Shown: positions 1-9,376, counted from the first letter of the stretch. The stretch is DNA of 39,956 bases from Leucobacter sp. (GCA_050175655.1 JBFXIT010000002.1:1-39956); one strand, 5' to 3'. The notes: generated by a model from the letters alone, not told the origin. Numbers and translations: made by a program.

Positions 1-45
1 GTGCGACCCGACGAATAGCGTGCGACCCGACCTGCGTGCGCGGCT

Positions 46-672
46 CTAGAAGCGCCAGACGACGGCCTGGAAGCCGGCCGGGGGCTCGGGCACCCAGCTG
101 GTGTTCTTGCTGACGAGGCCGCTGCCGCCGGGGTTGTTCGACTCGATGATGGTGAACGTGCCGTCGCCGTGCACCTCGGTGATGAGCACCGTGTGCACGC
201 CGGTCACCCAGGAGGTGGGATAGGTCAGGTGCTCGTACTGCACGATGTCGCCGGGCTGGGCATCGGCGATCGTGAGGCGCGTGGCGCCCTGGTAGTTGGA
301 GACGGGGTCGCTGCTGCCGGTCCACGCCGCGCCGCCCGCGGTGACCCAGCGGTGCACCGACGAGATGCACTCGCCCGGCTGATCCCAGCCGGTGGGGCGA
401 CTGGTGCCGATCTCGCTCTCGGCGAGGGCGATCGCGGTTTCGACGTCGAAGCCCGCAGGGATCGAAGCGATGTCGCCCATCTGGGTGAGCACCTCGAGAG
501 CCTGGTCGGCGATGTCGGCGGTCGTCGTGTCGAGCGACTGCGCCGGAGTGGCCTGAGCGCTCGCCTCTGGGAGGGCCGTGGTCTGGGGCGCGGCCGATGC
601 GGGTGCGGCTCCGAAAGCGAAGGTGATCGCGGATACGAGTGTCACGATCAGGGGCTTTGCGGGGATCGGCAC
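46..672 (-). CDS. Secreted CHAP/NlpC-P60-like cell-wall peptidase/amidase
   Basis: Start refined to GTG at 672 (GGAG RBS upstream). Signal peptide ends in APASA-A and is followed by an Ala/Thr linker. C-terminal domain has GECISSV (Cys), PGDIVQY, GVHTVLI (His) and FTIIESN, the CHAP-type pattern. Confidence 0.7.
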   Translation of the reverse strand: MPIPAKPLIVTLVSAITFAFGAAPASAAPQTTALPEASAQATPAQSLDTTTADIADQALEVLTQMGDIASIPAGFDVETAIALAESEIGTSRPTGWDQPGECISSVHRWVTAGGAAWTGSSDPVSNYQGATRLTIADAQPGDIVQYEHLTYPTSWVTGVHTVLITEVHGDGTFTIIESNNPGGSGLVSKNTSWVPEPPAGFQAVVWRF

Positions 673-904
673 GCGATGGTCTCCAGCTCGTTCGGCGGCA
701 ACATGGATCGTGCCGACGAAATCGGCACGTCTTTCATCGTACGTTACCGTTCCGTTATAAAGCAAGGCGGAGCGGGCCGCCGGTGGGGCGAACGCTCAGG
801 AAGCGGGGGAGTCACGGGCCTCGCTCTTGCGCTCAATCCACTTCTGCTCCCGCCATTCGAGGCAGACATCCACGGTCAGAAGGATCCCACCTGCCCTCGC
901 GGTG

Positions 905-1228
905 GACCCCTTCTACGTCTCCGGCGCCCTCGGCCTGAGCCCGACGGGCGTCGGCCTCGCGATGGCGGCAGGCCCGATCGCCTCGATCGTCTCGGGCGTC
1001 CTCGCCGGCCGGCTCGTCGACCGAGGCCTCCCGACCCGGCTGATGGCGGCCGGGCTTCTCGTCATGACCGCGGCCGCGGCGGCGCTGGCGCTCTTGCCCC
1101 CGCTCGCCGGGCAGGCAGCGGCGACGGCCGATGCGCTCGACTCGGGCCTGCGCCTCGTGTTCGGCATCGCTGCGGTCTGCCTCGCCGCGGCCTGCCTCGC
1201 CTCTTTCGCCGGGAAGCGGCGACGTTGA
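905..1228 (+). pseudogene. Truncated MFS efflux transporter remnant
   Basis: FYVSGALGLSPTGVGLAMAAGPIASIVSGVLAGRLVDR matches the MFS TM7-8 region and loop motif, then jumps to a terminal helix (GLRLVFGIAAVCL). About 110 aa with no credible start; 5' boundary approximate. Confidence 0.6.
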
Positions 1229-1318
1229 TGAAGGATCTCTGAGCCTGTGACATCGAGATCTCGGGTGGCACGTCGGTGCCCGCCGATACGCTGGGAGCAG
1301 GATCGTCGAAGGAGCACC

Positions 1319-3121
1319 ATGGGGTTTGAGTCAGCCAAACATGTCGAGCAGGTTCTGCGTGAGATCCACGCACGCGAATACCTGCTCCCCGCGATCCAGC
1401 GTGAGTTCGTGTGGGACACAGACGACATCGTCAAGCTGTTCGACAGCCTGCTCCGCGGCTACCCCGTGGGATCGTTCCTGTTCTGGAAGGTCGACCCGGA
1501 AACCGCGAAAGACTACGTCTTCTATAACTTCCTCACGAACTTCCACGAGCGGGATGAGCCCTATGCTGTTCGCGCGACCGTCCCTGCAGGCGCAGGCACG
1601 ACCGCGGTGCTGGACGGCCAGCAACGACTGACGGCGCTGAACATCGGGCTCTACGGCAGTCACGCCACTCGGCGACGCTATGGCCGCTCCTCCAATATCC
1701 AGGCCTACCCGAAGAAGCGACTGTATCTGAATCTCGTCGATAGCCCGCCCGACGAAGAACTCGGCCTCAAGTATGACCTGCGTTTCCTCACGGAGGACGA
1801 GGCCCGCCCCACTCGTATGGAGGATGACGCTCCTCCCGTTGATCGATGGTTCCCGGTCGGAGATGTCTTTACACTTACCGAGGATCCGGTCGCCTACATC
1901 GATGTCGTCTCGGAACGGGCGATTCCCGACATCCGTGAGGGCGCGCGGCGCCTCGGCGCCTTGTATACGGCTGTCCGGAAGACCCCCTCGATGAACTACT
2001 ACCTCATCGGCGAGAAGGAGCGCACGCCGGACGAGGTACTCGAGATCTTCATCCGGGTCAACCAGGGCGGCGAGAAGCTCACGAACTCCGACCTTCTGCT
2101 CTCTATGGCCACCAACCAGTGGTCGACAGAACCTGGTGCTCGCGAAGAGGTGCGAAACCTCACCGCCGAACTGAACACGCGCGGTTTCAACTTCGATAAG
2201 GACTTCGTCCTCAAGACGGCGCTCACCCTGGTGGGCGCAGACGTGCGCTTCAAGGTCGAGACCATCACGCATCAGAACATCACGAAGGTCGAGAACGACT
2301 GGCGGCGTATCTCCGCGACGCTCCTGCGAACGGTCGATCTGCTTCGGCTGTCAGGTTTCTCCCGTGAATCTCTCACTGCCAACAACGCGGCAATCCCGAT
2401 CGCCTACTACCTGCACCAGCGAGATGCCCCCGATTCGTTCCTCGATTCGACCGCCAAGGCCGGCGAGCGCGCCGACATCATCCGCTGGCTCACGCGCACA
2501 CTCCTCAAGCAAGGCGTATGGGGTTCAGGGCCCGACACGCTGCTCACACGCCTGCGCTCCGCGATCGACCGAGAGCTTCCCAACCCCGGCTTTCCGACCG
2601 TCGCACTCGACGCCGAGTTCGCCGGTCTCGGCAAGGCACTCACCTTCGACGAGGCAGAGATCGACGGCCTGCTGGATCTCTCGTACGGCGCCCGAGGCAC
2701 TTTCGCGACGCTGGCCATCCTGTACCCGGGGCTGGATTTCTCCAAGGAGTTCCACGAAGACCACATCTGGCCCAAGTCCCTCTTCACCAGGCGGCGCCTC
2801 GAGGAAGCAGGCGTGCCGGCTGATCAGGTCGAGAACTTCGAGAAACGCGTCAACGCGCTTCCTAACCTGCAACTCCTCGAAGGTCGCGTGAACCAGGAGA
2901 AGCTCGCGAAGCTCCCTGCCGCATGGATCGAGACACTCCCCGAGGTTCGGCGGGAGTCCTACCTTCGCGAGAACGACCTCGACGGCATCGACCTTGCCCT
3001 CACTAGCTTCCTGGCGGGTTTCGAGGCGCGACGTTCTCGAATCCGTGCTCGACTCGTGCATGCGCTTGGCATGACGAGTTCATCGTCTGAGAGCCCCGAG
3101 TCTACGGACTCGGCGAAATAA
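1319..3121 (+). CDS. DUF262 + C-terminal HNH-like (DUF1524-type) protein; GmrSD-like type IV restriction nuclease
   Basis: ATG 1319 after AAGGAG. N-terminal LPAIQREFVW, LDGQQRLT and IFIRVNQGG are DUF262 motifs; C-terminal HEDHIWPKS...LPNLQLLEGRVNQEK is HNH-like. Confidence 0.8.
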   Translation: MGFESAKHVEQVLREIHAREYLLPAIQREFVWDTDDIVKLFDSLLRGYPVGSFLFWKVDPETAKDYVFYNFLTNFHERDEPYAVRATVPAGAGTTAVLDGQQRLTALNIGLYGSHATRRRYGRSSNIQAYPKKRLYLNLVDSPPDEELGLKYDLRFLTEDEARPTRMEDDAPPVDRWFPVGDVFTLTEDPVAYIDVVSERAIPDIREGARRLGALYTAVRKTPSMNYYLIGEKERTPDEVLEIFIRVNQGGEKLTNSDLLLSMATNQWSTEPGAREEVRNLTAELNTRGFNFDKDFVLKTALTLVGADVRFKVETITHQNITKVENDWRRISATLLRTVDLLRLSGFSRESLTANNAAIPIAYYLHQRDAPDSFLDSTAKAGERADIIRWLTRTLLKQGVWGSGPDTLLTRLRSAIDRELPNPGFPTVALDAEFAGLGKALTFDEAEIDGLLDLSYGARGTFATLAILYPGLDFSKEFHEDHIWPKSLFTRRRLEEAGVPADQVENFEKRVNALPNLQLLEGRVNQEKLAKLPAAWIETLPEVRRESYLRENDLDGIDLALTSFLAGFEARRSRIRARLVHALGMTSSSSESPESTDSAK

Positions 3122-3125
3122 AGAA

Positions 3126-3151
3126 GGCCCCCGCTCTTTCGAGCGAGGGCC
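3126..3151. terminator. Hairpin between convergent DUF262 gene and tRNA-Arg
   Basis: GGCCCCCGCTC-TTTC-GAGCGAGGGCC imperfect stem-loop; followed by a T-rich run on the minus strand. Confidence 0.6.
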
Positions 3152-3154
3152 AGG

Positions 3155-3231
3155 TGGCGCGCCCCGAGGGATTCGAACCCCCGACCTTCTGATCCGTAGT
3201 CAGATGCTCTATCCAGCTGAGCTAGGGGCGC
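3155..3231 (-). tRNA. tRNA-Arg (anticodon ACG), CCA encoded
   Basis: Reverse complement GCGCCCCTAGCTCAGCTGGATAGAGCATCTGACTACGGATCAGAAGGTCGGGGGTTCGAATCCCTCGGGGCGCGCCA folds as a cloverleaf with TCTGA-CT-ACG-GA-TCAGA anticodon arm. Confidence 0.97.
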
Positions 3232-3304
3232 ACGTTGATTTCTCAACCTCACAGACTTTACCCGAAACCGGGCGCAAACGGAAATCCGCTTCTAGCGAGC
3301 CTCT

Positions 3305-3313
3305 TGGTATACT
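3305..3313 (+). promoter_or_regulatory. Extended -10 promoter (TGG-TATACT) for leaderless antitoxin-toxin transcript
   Basis: TATACT at 3308-3313, 6 nt before ATG 3320; no SD. Confidence 0.65.
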
Positions 3314-3319
3314 TCAGGT

Positions 3320-3568
3320 ATGACCAACACAACTATCAAAGTGTCCACGGTCACTCGCGACCGACTGAAGGCCCAGGCCTCCGCTGCGCACCGATCGCTG
3401 GGCGCCTACCTTGAAGATCTTGCTGAGATGGCGGATCGGAGGGCGCGCTTTGCGGCGTTGCGCGAGAGCATTGACGCAACGCCGGCTGATCTCGCGGCCA
3501 GCTACCGCGCCGAGCTCCTGGAATGGGAGGGCGTTTCGGATGAACTCGGCGCACCAGGAGCCGCTTGA
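3320..3568 (+). CDS. Putative antitoxin (RHH/CopG-like N-terminus)
   Basis: 82 aa. TTIKVSTVTRDRLK strand-helix pattern; acidic C-terminus; overlaps the downstream PemK/MazF gene. Confidence 0.7.
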   Translation: MTNTTIKVSTVTRDRLKAQASAAHRSLGAYLEDLAEMADRRARFAALRESIDATPADLAASYRAELLEWEGVSDELGAPGAA

Positions 3569-3905
3569 GCTTGCACCCGGGACGGTCGTCTGGGTCTCGC
3601 TGGATCCGACTCGAGGGCGTGAACAGCGCGGACATCGTCCGGCACTGGTCGTTTCTAGTACCGACTACATCGAGACCGTGACCGCTCTCGTCATGATTGT
3701 TCCGATCACCACCGTCAACCGGGGCTGGGCGAATCATGTGATCGTTGACGGGCGGCCCGGCTTGGAACAGCCCTCCTGGCTGATGACTGAGCAGCTCCGA
3801 ACCATCAGCCGTGATCGAATCACGCGCATCTCCGGTTCGGTATCGCTCCCATGCCTTGCCGATGTGCGCCGATGGCTCGGCGACTTCCTCGATCTCCGAA
3901 GCTGA
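3540..3905 (+). CDS. mazF: PemK/MazF-family endoribonuclease toxin
   Basis: PGTVVWVSLDPTRGREQRGHRPALVVS, IVPITT and EQLRTISRDRI are hallmark PemK/MazF motifs. ATG 3540 follows GGGAGG. Confidence 0.9.
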   Translation: MNSAHQEPLELAPGTVVWVSLDPTRGREQRGHRPALVVSSTDYIETVTALVMIVPITTVNRGWANHVIVDGRPGLEQPSWLMTEQLRTISRDRITRISGSVSLPCLADVRRWLGDFLDLRS

Positions 3906-3936
3906 CCCCGACCGACGCAGGCGATACCCTGTCAGG

Positions 3937-4491
3937 GTGTCGAACGAAGCCAGCACCGTCACCACCAACCCCGCGCTCGCGCGCGCCGAGACGCTGATCC
4001 GCGAGATCCCCGACTATCCGCAGCCGGGCATCCTCTTCCGCGACATCACCCCGCTGCTCGCCGACGGCGAGGCCTTCAAGGCGACCGTCGACGCGCTGAT
4101 CGCCCCCTTCGAGGGGCAGTTCGACGTGGTCGCCGGCATCGAGGCGCGCGGGTTCCTGCTCGCGGCCGCGGCGGCGATCGCGGCGGGCACCGGCATGGTC
4201 CCGGTGCGCAAGGCCGGCAAGCTGCCGCAGCCCGCCGTCACGATCGACTACGCGCTCGAATACGGCACCGCCACCATCGAGATGCACGCCGACCTCGAGC
4301 CCGGCACCCGCGTGCTGCTCATCGACGACGTGCTCGCGACCGGAGGCACGGTCGCAGCATCGCTCGACATGCTCGAGCAGCTCGGCTACCCCGTCTGCGG
4401 CACCGCCGTGCTCTTCGAGATCGACGGCCTCGGGGGCCGGGAGAAGGTCAGCGACCACCCGCTGCACACGGTGTTCCGCAGCCACGGCTGA
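3937..4491 (+). CDS. apt: Adenine phosphoribosyltransferase
   Basis: IPDYPQPGILFRDITPLL, GIEARGF, VRKAGKLP, YALEYG and PRPP motif VLLIDDVLATGGT. GTG 3937 lies 6 nt after TACCCT. Confidence 0.95.
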   Translation: MSNEASTVTTNPALARAETLIREIPDYPQPGILFRDITPLLADGEAFKATVDALIAPFEGQFDVVAGIEARGFLLAAAAAIAAGTGMVPVRKAGKLPQPAVTIDYALEYGTATIEMHADLEPGTRVLLIDDVLATGGTVAASLDMLEQLGYPVCGTAVLFEIDGLGGREKVSDHPLHTVFRSHG

Positions 4492-4529
4492 CGCCCGCTC
4501 CGCGCCCGGAGGCCTCGTAAGCTGGACGG

Positions 4530-7500
4530 ATGAGCCGGCAGGGGGAGGGGCGGGGGAGCAACCGCCCTCGCGCGAGGGACCTCGACCCTTGGCGGCTGCG
4601 CTCCGACGGGCTGGGACGCGACGGGCATGAACACGACACCGACGAGCCCGATGCGGATGAGACGAACGGCGCGGCGAACAGCGCTGCGAACAGCGCTGAG
4701 AACACCGGCCGCATCCCCGACCCGCAGCCGGAGCACACGCCGCTCTTCCGGCTGCTGGCGTCGATCCTCATCCGGGTAGAGGCGACGCTCCGCGCCCGCG
4801 GCGGCGCTGCACTGCGTCGCACCCTCGTCGTGCTCGGGGTGCTCGTCGGCATGGTCGGCGCCTTCCTGCTCGTCGGCCCGATCGTCAACGAGCCGATGAG
4901 CTTCGACGACGTGATCGAGGCCGCCGACGTCGACACGGTCGACTGGGTCGCGCGGGATGCGGTGATCCGGTACGACATCTCCCGCGACGCCGACGGGTCC
5001 TTCGTCGCCCGCGTCTCCGAGCGCTACACCGCGGACTTCCGCAACGGTCCCGAGCGCGCCGTCGAGCGGGTGCTGCCGCTGGAGTTCGAGGGCGGCGATG
5101 TGCGCCTCGAGGTGACGCGCACCGCGATCGACGGCGCCGACGCCCGGCTCTCGCGCAAGGATCACGGCACACATGCCGTGCTCGAGCTCGAGAGCCCCGA
5201 CGGCTCCCGGCTCGACGGCGAGCGCGAGATCGTCATCGAGTACGAGCTGCGCAACCTCGCCGTGCCCGAGGCCGACGAGGCGACGGGCGACGAGGTCGAG
5301 AACTTCGACTGGAACGTGTTCGCGGTCGACTGGCCGCAGGCGGTCAAGGGACTGACGGTCGAGGTGACGCTGCCCGAGGATCTGGACTCCGCCCTCGTCA
5401 GAGCCCCGCGCGCCTCGGTATCGTGGCTGCTGGTCTCCGGGATCTCCTGGATCGAGCCGGACGACGAGCTCACCACCGCCTCGACCGTCGGCTACAGCTT
5501 CACCAACGATCAGGGCCTGCCGCCGCACGCGGACGCCCGGGTGCTGCTCTCGTTCCCCGCCGGGACCTTCGAGATGCCGCCGCACACGACCCTGTTCTGG
5601 TGGCAGACCTACGGCCCGATCCTGCCCCTCGCGCTGCTGGTGGTGCTGCTGCCGTTCGCGCTGGCGGCACGCGCGGTCGCGTGGGCCGATGTGCACGGCA
5701 GGCCGTGGATCGAGGAGGAGTACGACCCGCCGAAGGGCGTCGGCCCGCGTCTGGCGGCCCAGCTGGTGCGCGCGCCGTTCGGGGCGGAGCTCGCCGCGGA
5801 GCTCGAAGCGCTGCGGCCGCTGCGCGGCCGCTCGGCGTGCCTCGCCTCCCTCGCCCGCACGGCCTCGCGCACGGGCCGCGCGGGCAATGCGCTGAGCGCC
5901 CTGCGCGCCTACCTTTTCGGCCCTGAGCGGCGCGAGGCGCTGACCCGGGGTCTGCGCCGGATCCCCAGCGGCTACGTGCGCGACGCCTTCATCGTCGCGC
6001 CGCTCGCCCTCACCCTGCTGCAGTGGGGTCTCGTGCGCCAGCTCTCGCATCAGCGGGTGCTCGCGGTGGTGTGGTGGCCAACGGCGTTCTTCTGGCTGAC
6101 GGTGGCGATCTCGGCCGTGGTGCTCTGGATCGCCCTCACCGCCCGACCGCTGACCCTCCGCGGGGCGCTGATCGCGCAGCACCTGCGCGGGGTCGAGCTC
6201 TACGCCGGCCGCACGCTGCTGCTCGACCGCGGCCCGCTCGACGACCCCCTGCTGCCCTATGCGGCGCTGTTCGGCCGGCCGCGATCGGCGGGCGAGTCGG
6301 TGCGGCGGCTCGCGGTGGCGGAGTCGGGCGATCGGGAGGCGGATCGCGGCTGGCGCGACGAGCACTTCATCGCCGCCCCGGTCACCGTCTCGGCGGTGCT
6401 CGCGGTCGCGCTGCTGGGAGGCGCCGTGGCGACGCTCGCGACGCAGCCCTACCCCTATCCGGTCAACTACGACACCGAGATCTTCGACCACGATCTGCCC
6501 GGCACGCTCGGCACGACGATCCACGGTTTCGAGGCCGACGCCGAGCTGCGGCGCGAAGCCGACGGCAGCGCGGTGTTGACCGTGCGCGAGCGGCTGGAGG
6601 CCGACTTCGAGCCCGGCGGCCGGGTGCCCCAGTTCGCTCGGGAATGGCCCGACCTGCGCTACGGCCAGTCGCTCGGGCTGCGCGTGGACGAGGTGCGCAT
6701 CGACGGGCAGCCGGTGCCGTTCCGCGAGATCCCGCGCCCGCGCAGCACGGGCATGGTCACGCAGCTGACCGAGGTGCTCGAGGGCCGTTACCAGGTGGAG
6801 GTCGACTACGCTCTCGCGTCGGCCGCCGTCGCCGCGGAGCGCGACGGCGAACCCGTGGAGCAGGTGCGGTGGGCCGCGGTCTACGACGGCTGGGACAGCG
6901 ATATCGCGTGGGGCTACAACGACGACTTCTCGGCGAGGATCGAGCTGACGGTCGCCCCCGATCTGGCCGACGAGATGGTCGCGGGCGGCTGGCTCACCCG
7001 GGACTACGAGGCCCCCCGGGTGCGGTTCGAGCGGGGAGAGGGGATCGCGCCCTGGCACCAGAGCGCCGAGTTCGACGGGCCCGACGCGCCCGCGACCGTG
7101 ATCGGCGCCGAGAGCCGGCAGGCCGACGGATCGCTGCGCGTCGCGATCGAGCCCCGGCGCGAGAGCGAGTACGGCGACTGGGCGGGCCCCTTCTTCTTCA
7201 GCGATCTCGGGGCCGTGCTCGACTTCCCCGAGGGCACCTTCGCGGGGCCGGATCGCGATGCCGCGCGCGCCGACGAGATCCTCTATCAGGTGCCGACGGT
7301 CGTCGTGCTCGGGCTGGCGCTCGCGCTGAACGGCGGCGCCATCTGGGCGTTCGTCGCGGGCAGGCGGCGCAAGACGCCGCGGGCCGGGCTCTCCCTCAGA
7401 ACCCTCTCGTTCTTCGTGCTGCCGGTCGCGGGCACCGGGCAGTTCCTGCTGTTCTACTGGATGACCAGCGATATGCCGGGCGACGACGGGCGCTTCGCGC

Positions 7501-7616
7501 TCGTCGGCTGGCCGACGCTGCTGGCGATCGTGCTCGGAGCCGCGCAGCTGTGGTCGGTGATCGCCAGGCCGCGGTCGCTGTCCCACCGCCCCGCAACTGA
7601 GAGAATGTCGGGATGA
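4530..7616 (+). CDS. Large membrane protein with two DUF2207-like extracytoplasmic domains
   Basis: Two related blocks (RDADGSFVARVSERYTADF / READGSAVLTVRERLEADF; IEYELRNLA / VDYALASAA; FPAGTF / FPEGTF), each followed by TM helices. LLPYAALFG motif typical of DUF2207. Confidence 0.7.
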   Translation: MSRQGEGRGSNRPRARDLDPWRLRSDGLGRDGHEHDTDEPDADETNGAANSAANSAENTGRIPDPQPEHTPLFRLLASILIRVEATLRARGGAALRRTLVVLGVLVGMVGAFLLVGPIVNEPMSFDDVIEAADVDTVDWVARDAVIRYDISRDADGSFVARVSERYTADFRNGPERAVERVLPLEFEGGDVRLEVTRTAIDGADARLSRKDHGTHAVLELESPDGSRLDGEREIVIEYELRNLAVPEADEATGDEVENFDWNVFAVDWPQAVKGLTVEVTLPEDLDSALVRAPRASVSWLLVSGISWIEPDDELTTASTVGYSFTNDQGLPPHADARVLLSFPAGTFEMPPHTTLFWWQTYGPILPLALLVVLLPFALAARAVAWADVHGRPWIEEEYDPPKGVGPRLAAQLVRAPFGAELAAELEALRPLRGRSACLASLARTASRTGRAGNALSALRAYLFGPERREALTRGLRRIPSGYVRDAFIVAPLALTLLQWGLVRQLSHQRVLAVVWWPTAFFWLTVAISAVVLWIALTARPLTLRGALIAQHLRGVELYAGRTLLLDRGPLDDPLLPYAALFGRPRSAGESVRRLAVAESGDREADRGWRDEHFIAAPVTVSAVLAVALLGGAVATLATQPYPYPVNYDTEIFDHDLPGTLGTTIHGFEADAELRREADGSAVLTVRERLEADFEPGGRVPQFAREWPDLRYGQSLGLRVDEVRIDGQPVPFREIPRPRSTGMVTQLTEVLEGRYQVEVDYALASAAVAAERDGEPVEQVRWAAVYDGWDSDIAWGYNDDFSARIELTVAPDLADEMVAGGWLTRDYEAPRVRFERGEGIAPWHQSAEFDGPDAPATVIGAESRQADGSLRVAIEPRRESEYGDWAGPFFFSDLGAVLDFPEGTFAGPDRDAARADEILYQVPTVVVLGLALALNGGAIWAFVAGRRRKTPRAGLSLRTLSFFVLPVAGTGQFLLFYWMTSDMPGDDGRFALVGWPTLLAIVLGAAQLWSVIARPRSLSHRPATERMSG

Positions 7617-9361
7617 ACACTGCACCGTCGGCCGCCAGCGCGGCCTTCTTCGCCGCTCGGGATCAGCTGCTCGAGTGCGCGGGCGACCCCCGCCGGGCGC
7701 GCGAGCGGTTCGAGTGGCCGGATGTCGGCGACGCCTTCAACTGGGCGCACGACGTGTTCGACGCGATCGCAGCGGGCAACGACGCCACCGCGCTGTGGAT
7801 CGCTGAGGCCGACGGCACCGAGGTCAAGCGGAGCTTCGCGCAGCTGAAACGGCGCAGCGACCAGGTGGCGAACTGGCTGCTCGCCCAGGGCGCAAGCAGG
7901 GGCGACGTGGCGATGCTGATGCTGGGCAATCGGCTCGAGCTGTGGGAGATCATGCTCGCGGCGCTCAAGATCGGCGTCGTGATCCTGCCCACCTCGGTGG
8001 TGCTGGGCGCGCACGACCTGGTCGACCGCGTGGAGCGCGGGCGGGTGCGCTGGGTGTTCGCGGCGGCCGAAGACGCGTTGAAGTTCGCGAATGTGCCGGG
8101 CGACTACCGCGGTATCGGCGTCGGCTTCGACGGTGATACCGATGCAGCGGGCGAGGATCAGCGCGCAGCCCTCACCGATTGGCTGCGCTTCGAGGAGTCG
8201 GGCTCCGCGTCGCTCGCGCCGATCGCGCGCACCACCGCGAGCGACGAGCCCGCGCTCGTCTACTTCACCTCCGGCACCACGAGCCTGCCGAAGATCGTCG
8301 TGCACACGCACACGAGCTACCCGCTCGGGCACCTCAGCACGATGGCGTGGATCGGCGTGCGGCCGGGCGACGTGCACTCGGTGGTCAGCGCCCCGGGCTG
8401 GGGCAAGCACGCCTGGTCGAGCTTCTTCTCCCCCTGGAACGTCGGCGCGACCATCTTCGTGCTGAACTACAGCCGCTTCGACGCGGAGCACTTCGTCGGA
8501 GAGCTCGACCGGGCGGGGGTCAACACCTTCTGCGCGCCTCCCACGGTCTGGCGCATGCTCATCCAGCACCGTCTCAGCACGAAGCCGCGCGGGCTTCGCG
8601 AGCTGCTCTCGGCCGGCGAGCCCCTGAACCCCGAGGTGATCGCGCGCATCCGCGACTGGTGGGGTCTCGAGATCCGCGACGGCTACGGGCAGACCGAGAC
8701 CACGGCTCTCGTCGGCACCATGCCGGGCGAGGAGGTCGTGCCGGGCGCGATGGGCCGCCCGCTGCCGGGAGTGGACGCGCTGCTCGTCGACCCGCTCACC
8801 GGCGAGGAGACGGACGAGGGCGAGGTGTGCCTGCGGCTCGACCCCCACCCGGTCAACCTGATGCCCGGATACTTCGGCGATCCCGAGGCGACCGCGAAGG
8901 CCATGCGCGGCGAGCTCTTCCACACGGGCGACGTCGCGCAGCGCGGCGAGGGCGGGGTGCTCACCTTCGTGGGGCGCACCGACGACATCTTCAAGTCGAG
9001 CGACTTCAAGGTCTCGCCGTTCGAGGTCGAGAGCGCCCTGCTCGAGCACGAGCTCGTGGCCGAGGCCGCGGTGGTCGGCGCACCCGACGAGACCCGTCTC
9101 AACGTGACGAAGGCGTATGTCGCGCTCTCCGCCGGCGCCGAGCCCGGCGAGCAGACTGCGCGCGCCATCCTCGCCCATGCGCGCGTCGCGATGCCTGCGT
9201 ACATGAGAGTCCGACGCGTCGAGTTCTTCGCGCTGCCGAAGACGGCCTCGGGAAAGATCCGGCGGGTCGAGTTGCGCCAGCGCGAGGTCGCGGCCTTCGA
9301 CGCCGGCGAGAGGATCGCCACCGAGTGGCGGGAAGAGGACTTCCCGGGCCTCAAGGGCTGA
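7613..9361 (+). CDS. AMP-forming acyl-CoA synthetase (short/medium-chain, ACSM-like)
   Basis: YFTSGTTSLPK, GWGKHAW, DGYGQTET, HTGD, GRTDDIFKSS and LPKTASGKIRR adenylate-forming motifs. Confidence 0.9.
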   Translation: MNTAPSAASAAFFAARDQLLECAGDPRRARERFEWPDVGDAFNWAHDVFDAIAAGNDATALWIAEADGTEVKRSFAQLKRRSDQVANWLLAQGASRGDVAMLMLGNRLELWEIMLAALKIGVVILPTSVVLGAHDLVDRVERGRVRWVFAAAEDALKFANVPGDYRGIGVGFDGDTDAAGEDQRAALTDWLRFEESGSASLAPIARTTASDEPALVYFTSGTTSLPKIVVHTHTSYPLGHLSTMAWIGVRPGDVHSVVSAPGWGKHAWSSFFSPWNVGATIFVLNYSRFDAEHFVGELDRAGVNTFCAPPTVWRMLIQHRLSTKPRGLRELLSAGEPLNPEVIARIRDWWGLEIRDGYGQTETTALVGTMPGEEVVPGAMGRPLPGVDALLVDPLTGEETDEGEVCLRLDPHPVNLMPGYFGDPEATAKAMRGELFHTGDVAQRGEGGVLTFVGRTDDIFKSSDFKVSPFEVESALLEHELVAEAAVVGAPDETRLNVTKAYVALSAGAEPGEQTARAILAHARVAMPAYMRVRRVEFFALPKTASGKIRRVELRQREVAAFDAGERIATEWREEDFPGLKG

Positions 9362-9376
9362 GCGGGAGGCCGCGGA

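Noticed and set aside
887-3157. Inverted match between 887-900 (CCACCTGCCCTCGC) and 3143-3157 as ends of a mobile element
   Set aside because: Only 14 bp with an indel in GC-rich DNA; the right copy is part of the terminator and tRNA end; no transposase, integrase or target duplication.
2959-3252. 97-aa minus-strand ORF, and 15856..16446 similarly
   Set aside because: They are translations across tRNA genes and neighbouring CDSs, not real proteins.
4386-7625. 1079-aa antisense ORF, and similar long shadow ORFs such as 25674..29228, 21818..24553, 7454..9178 and 37059..38837
   Set aside because: They overlap well-supported genes on the opposite strand or another frame, have no motifs, and are expected from stop-codon scarcity in high-GC DNA.
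7613-9361. Acyl-CoA synthetase as menE because it is next to menC/menB
   Set aside because: Its length (582 aa) and motifs (GWGKHAW, FCAPPT) fit ACSM-type ligases, not the shorter actinobacterial MenE.
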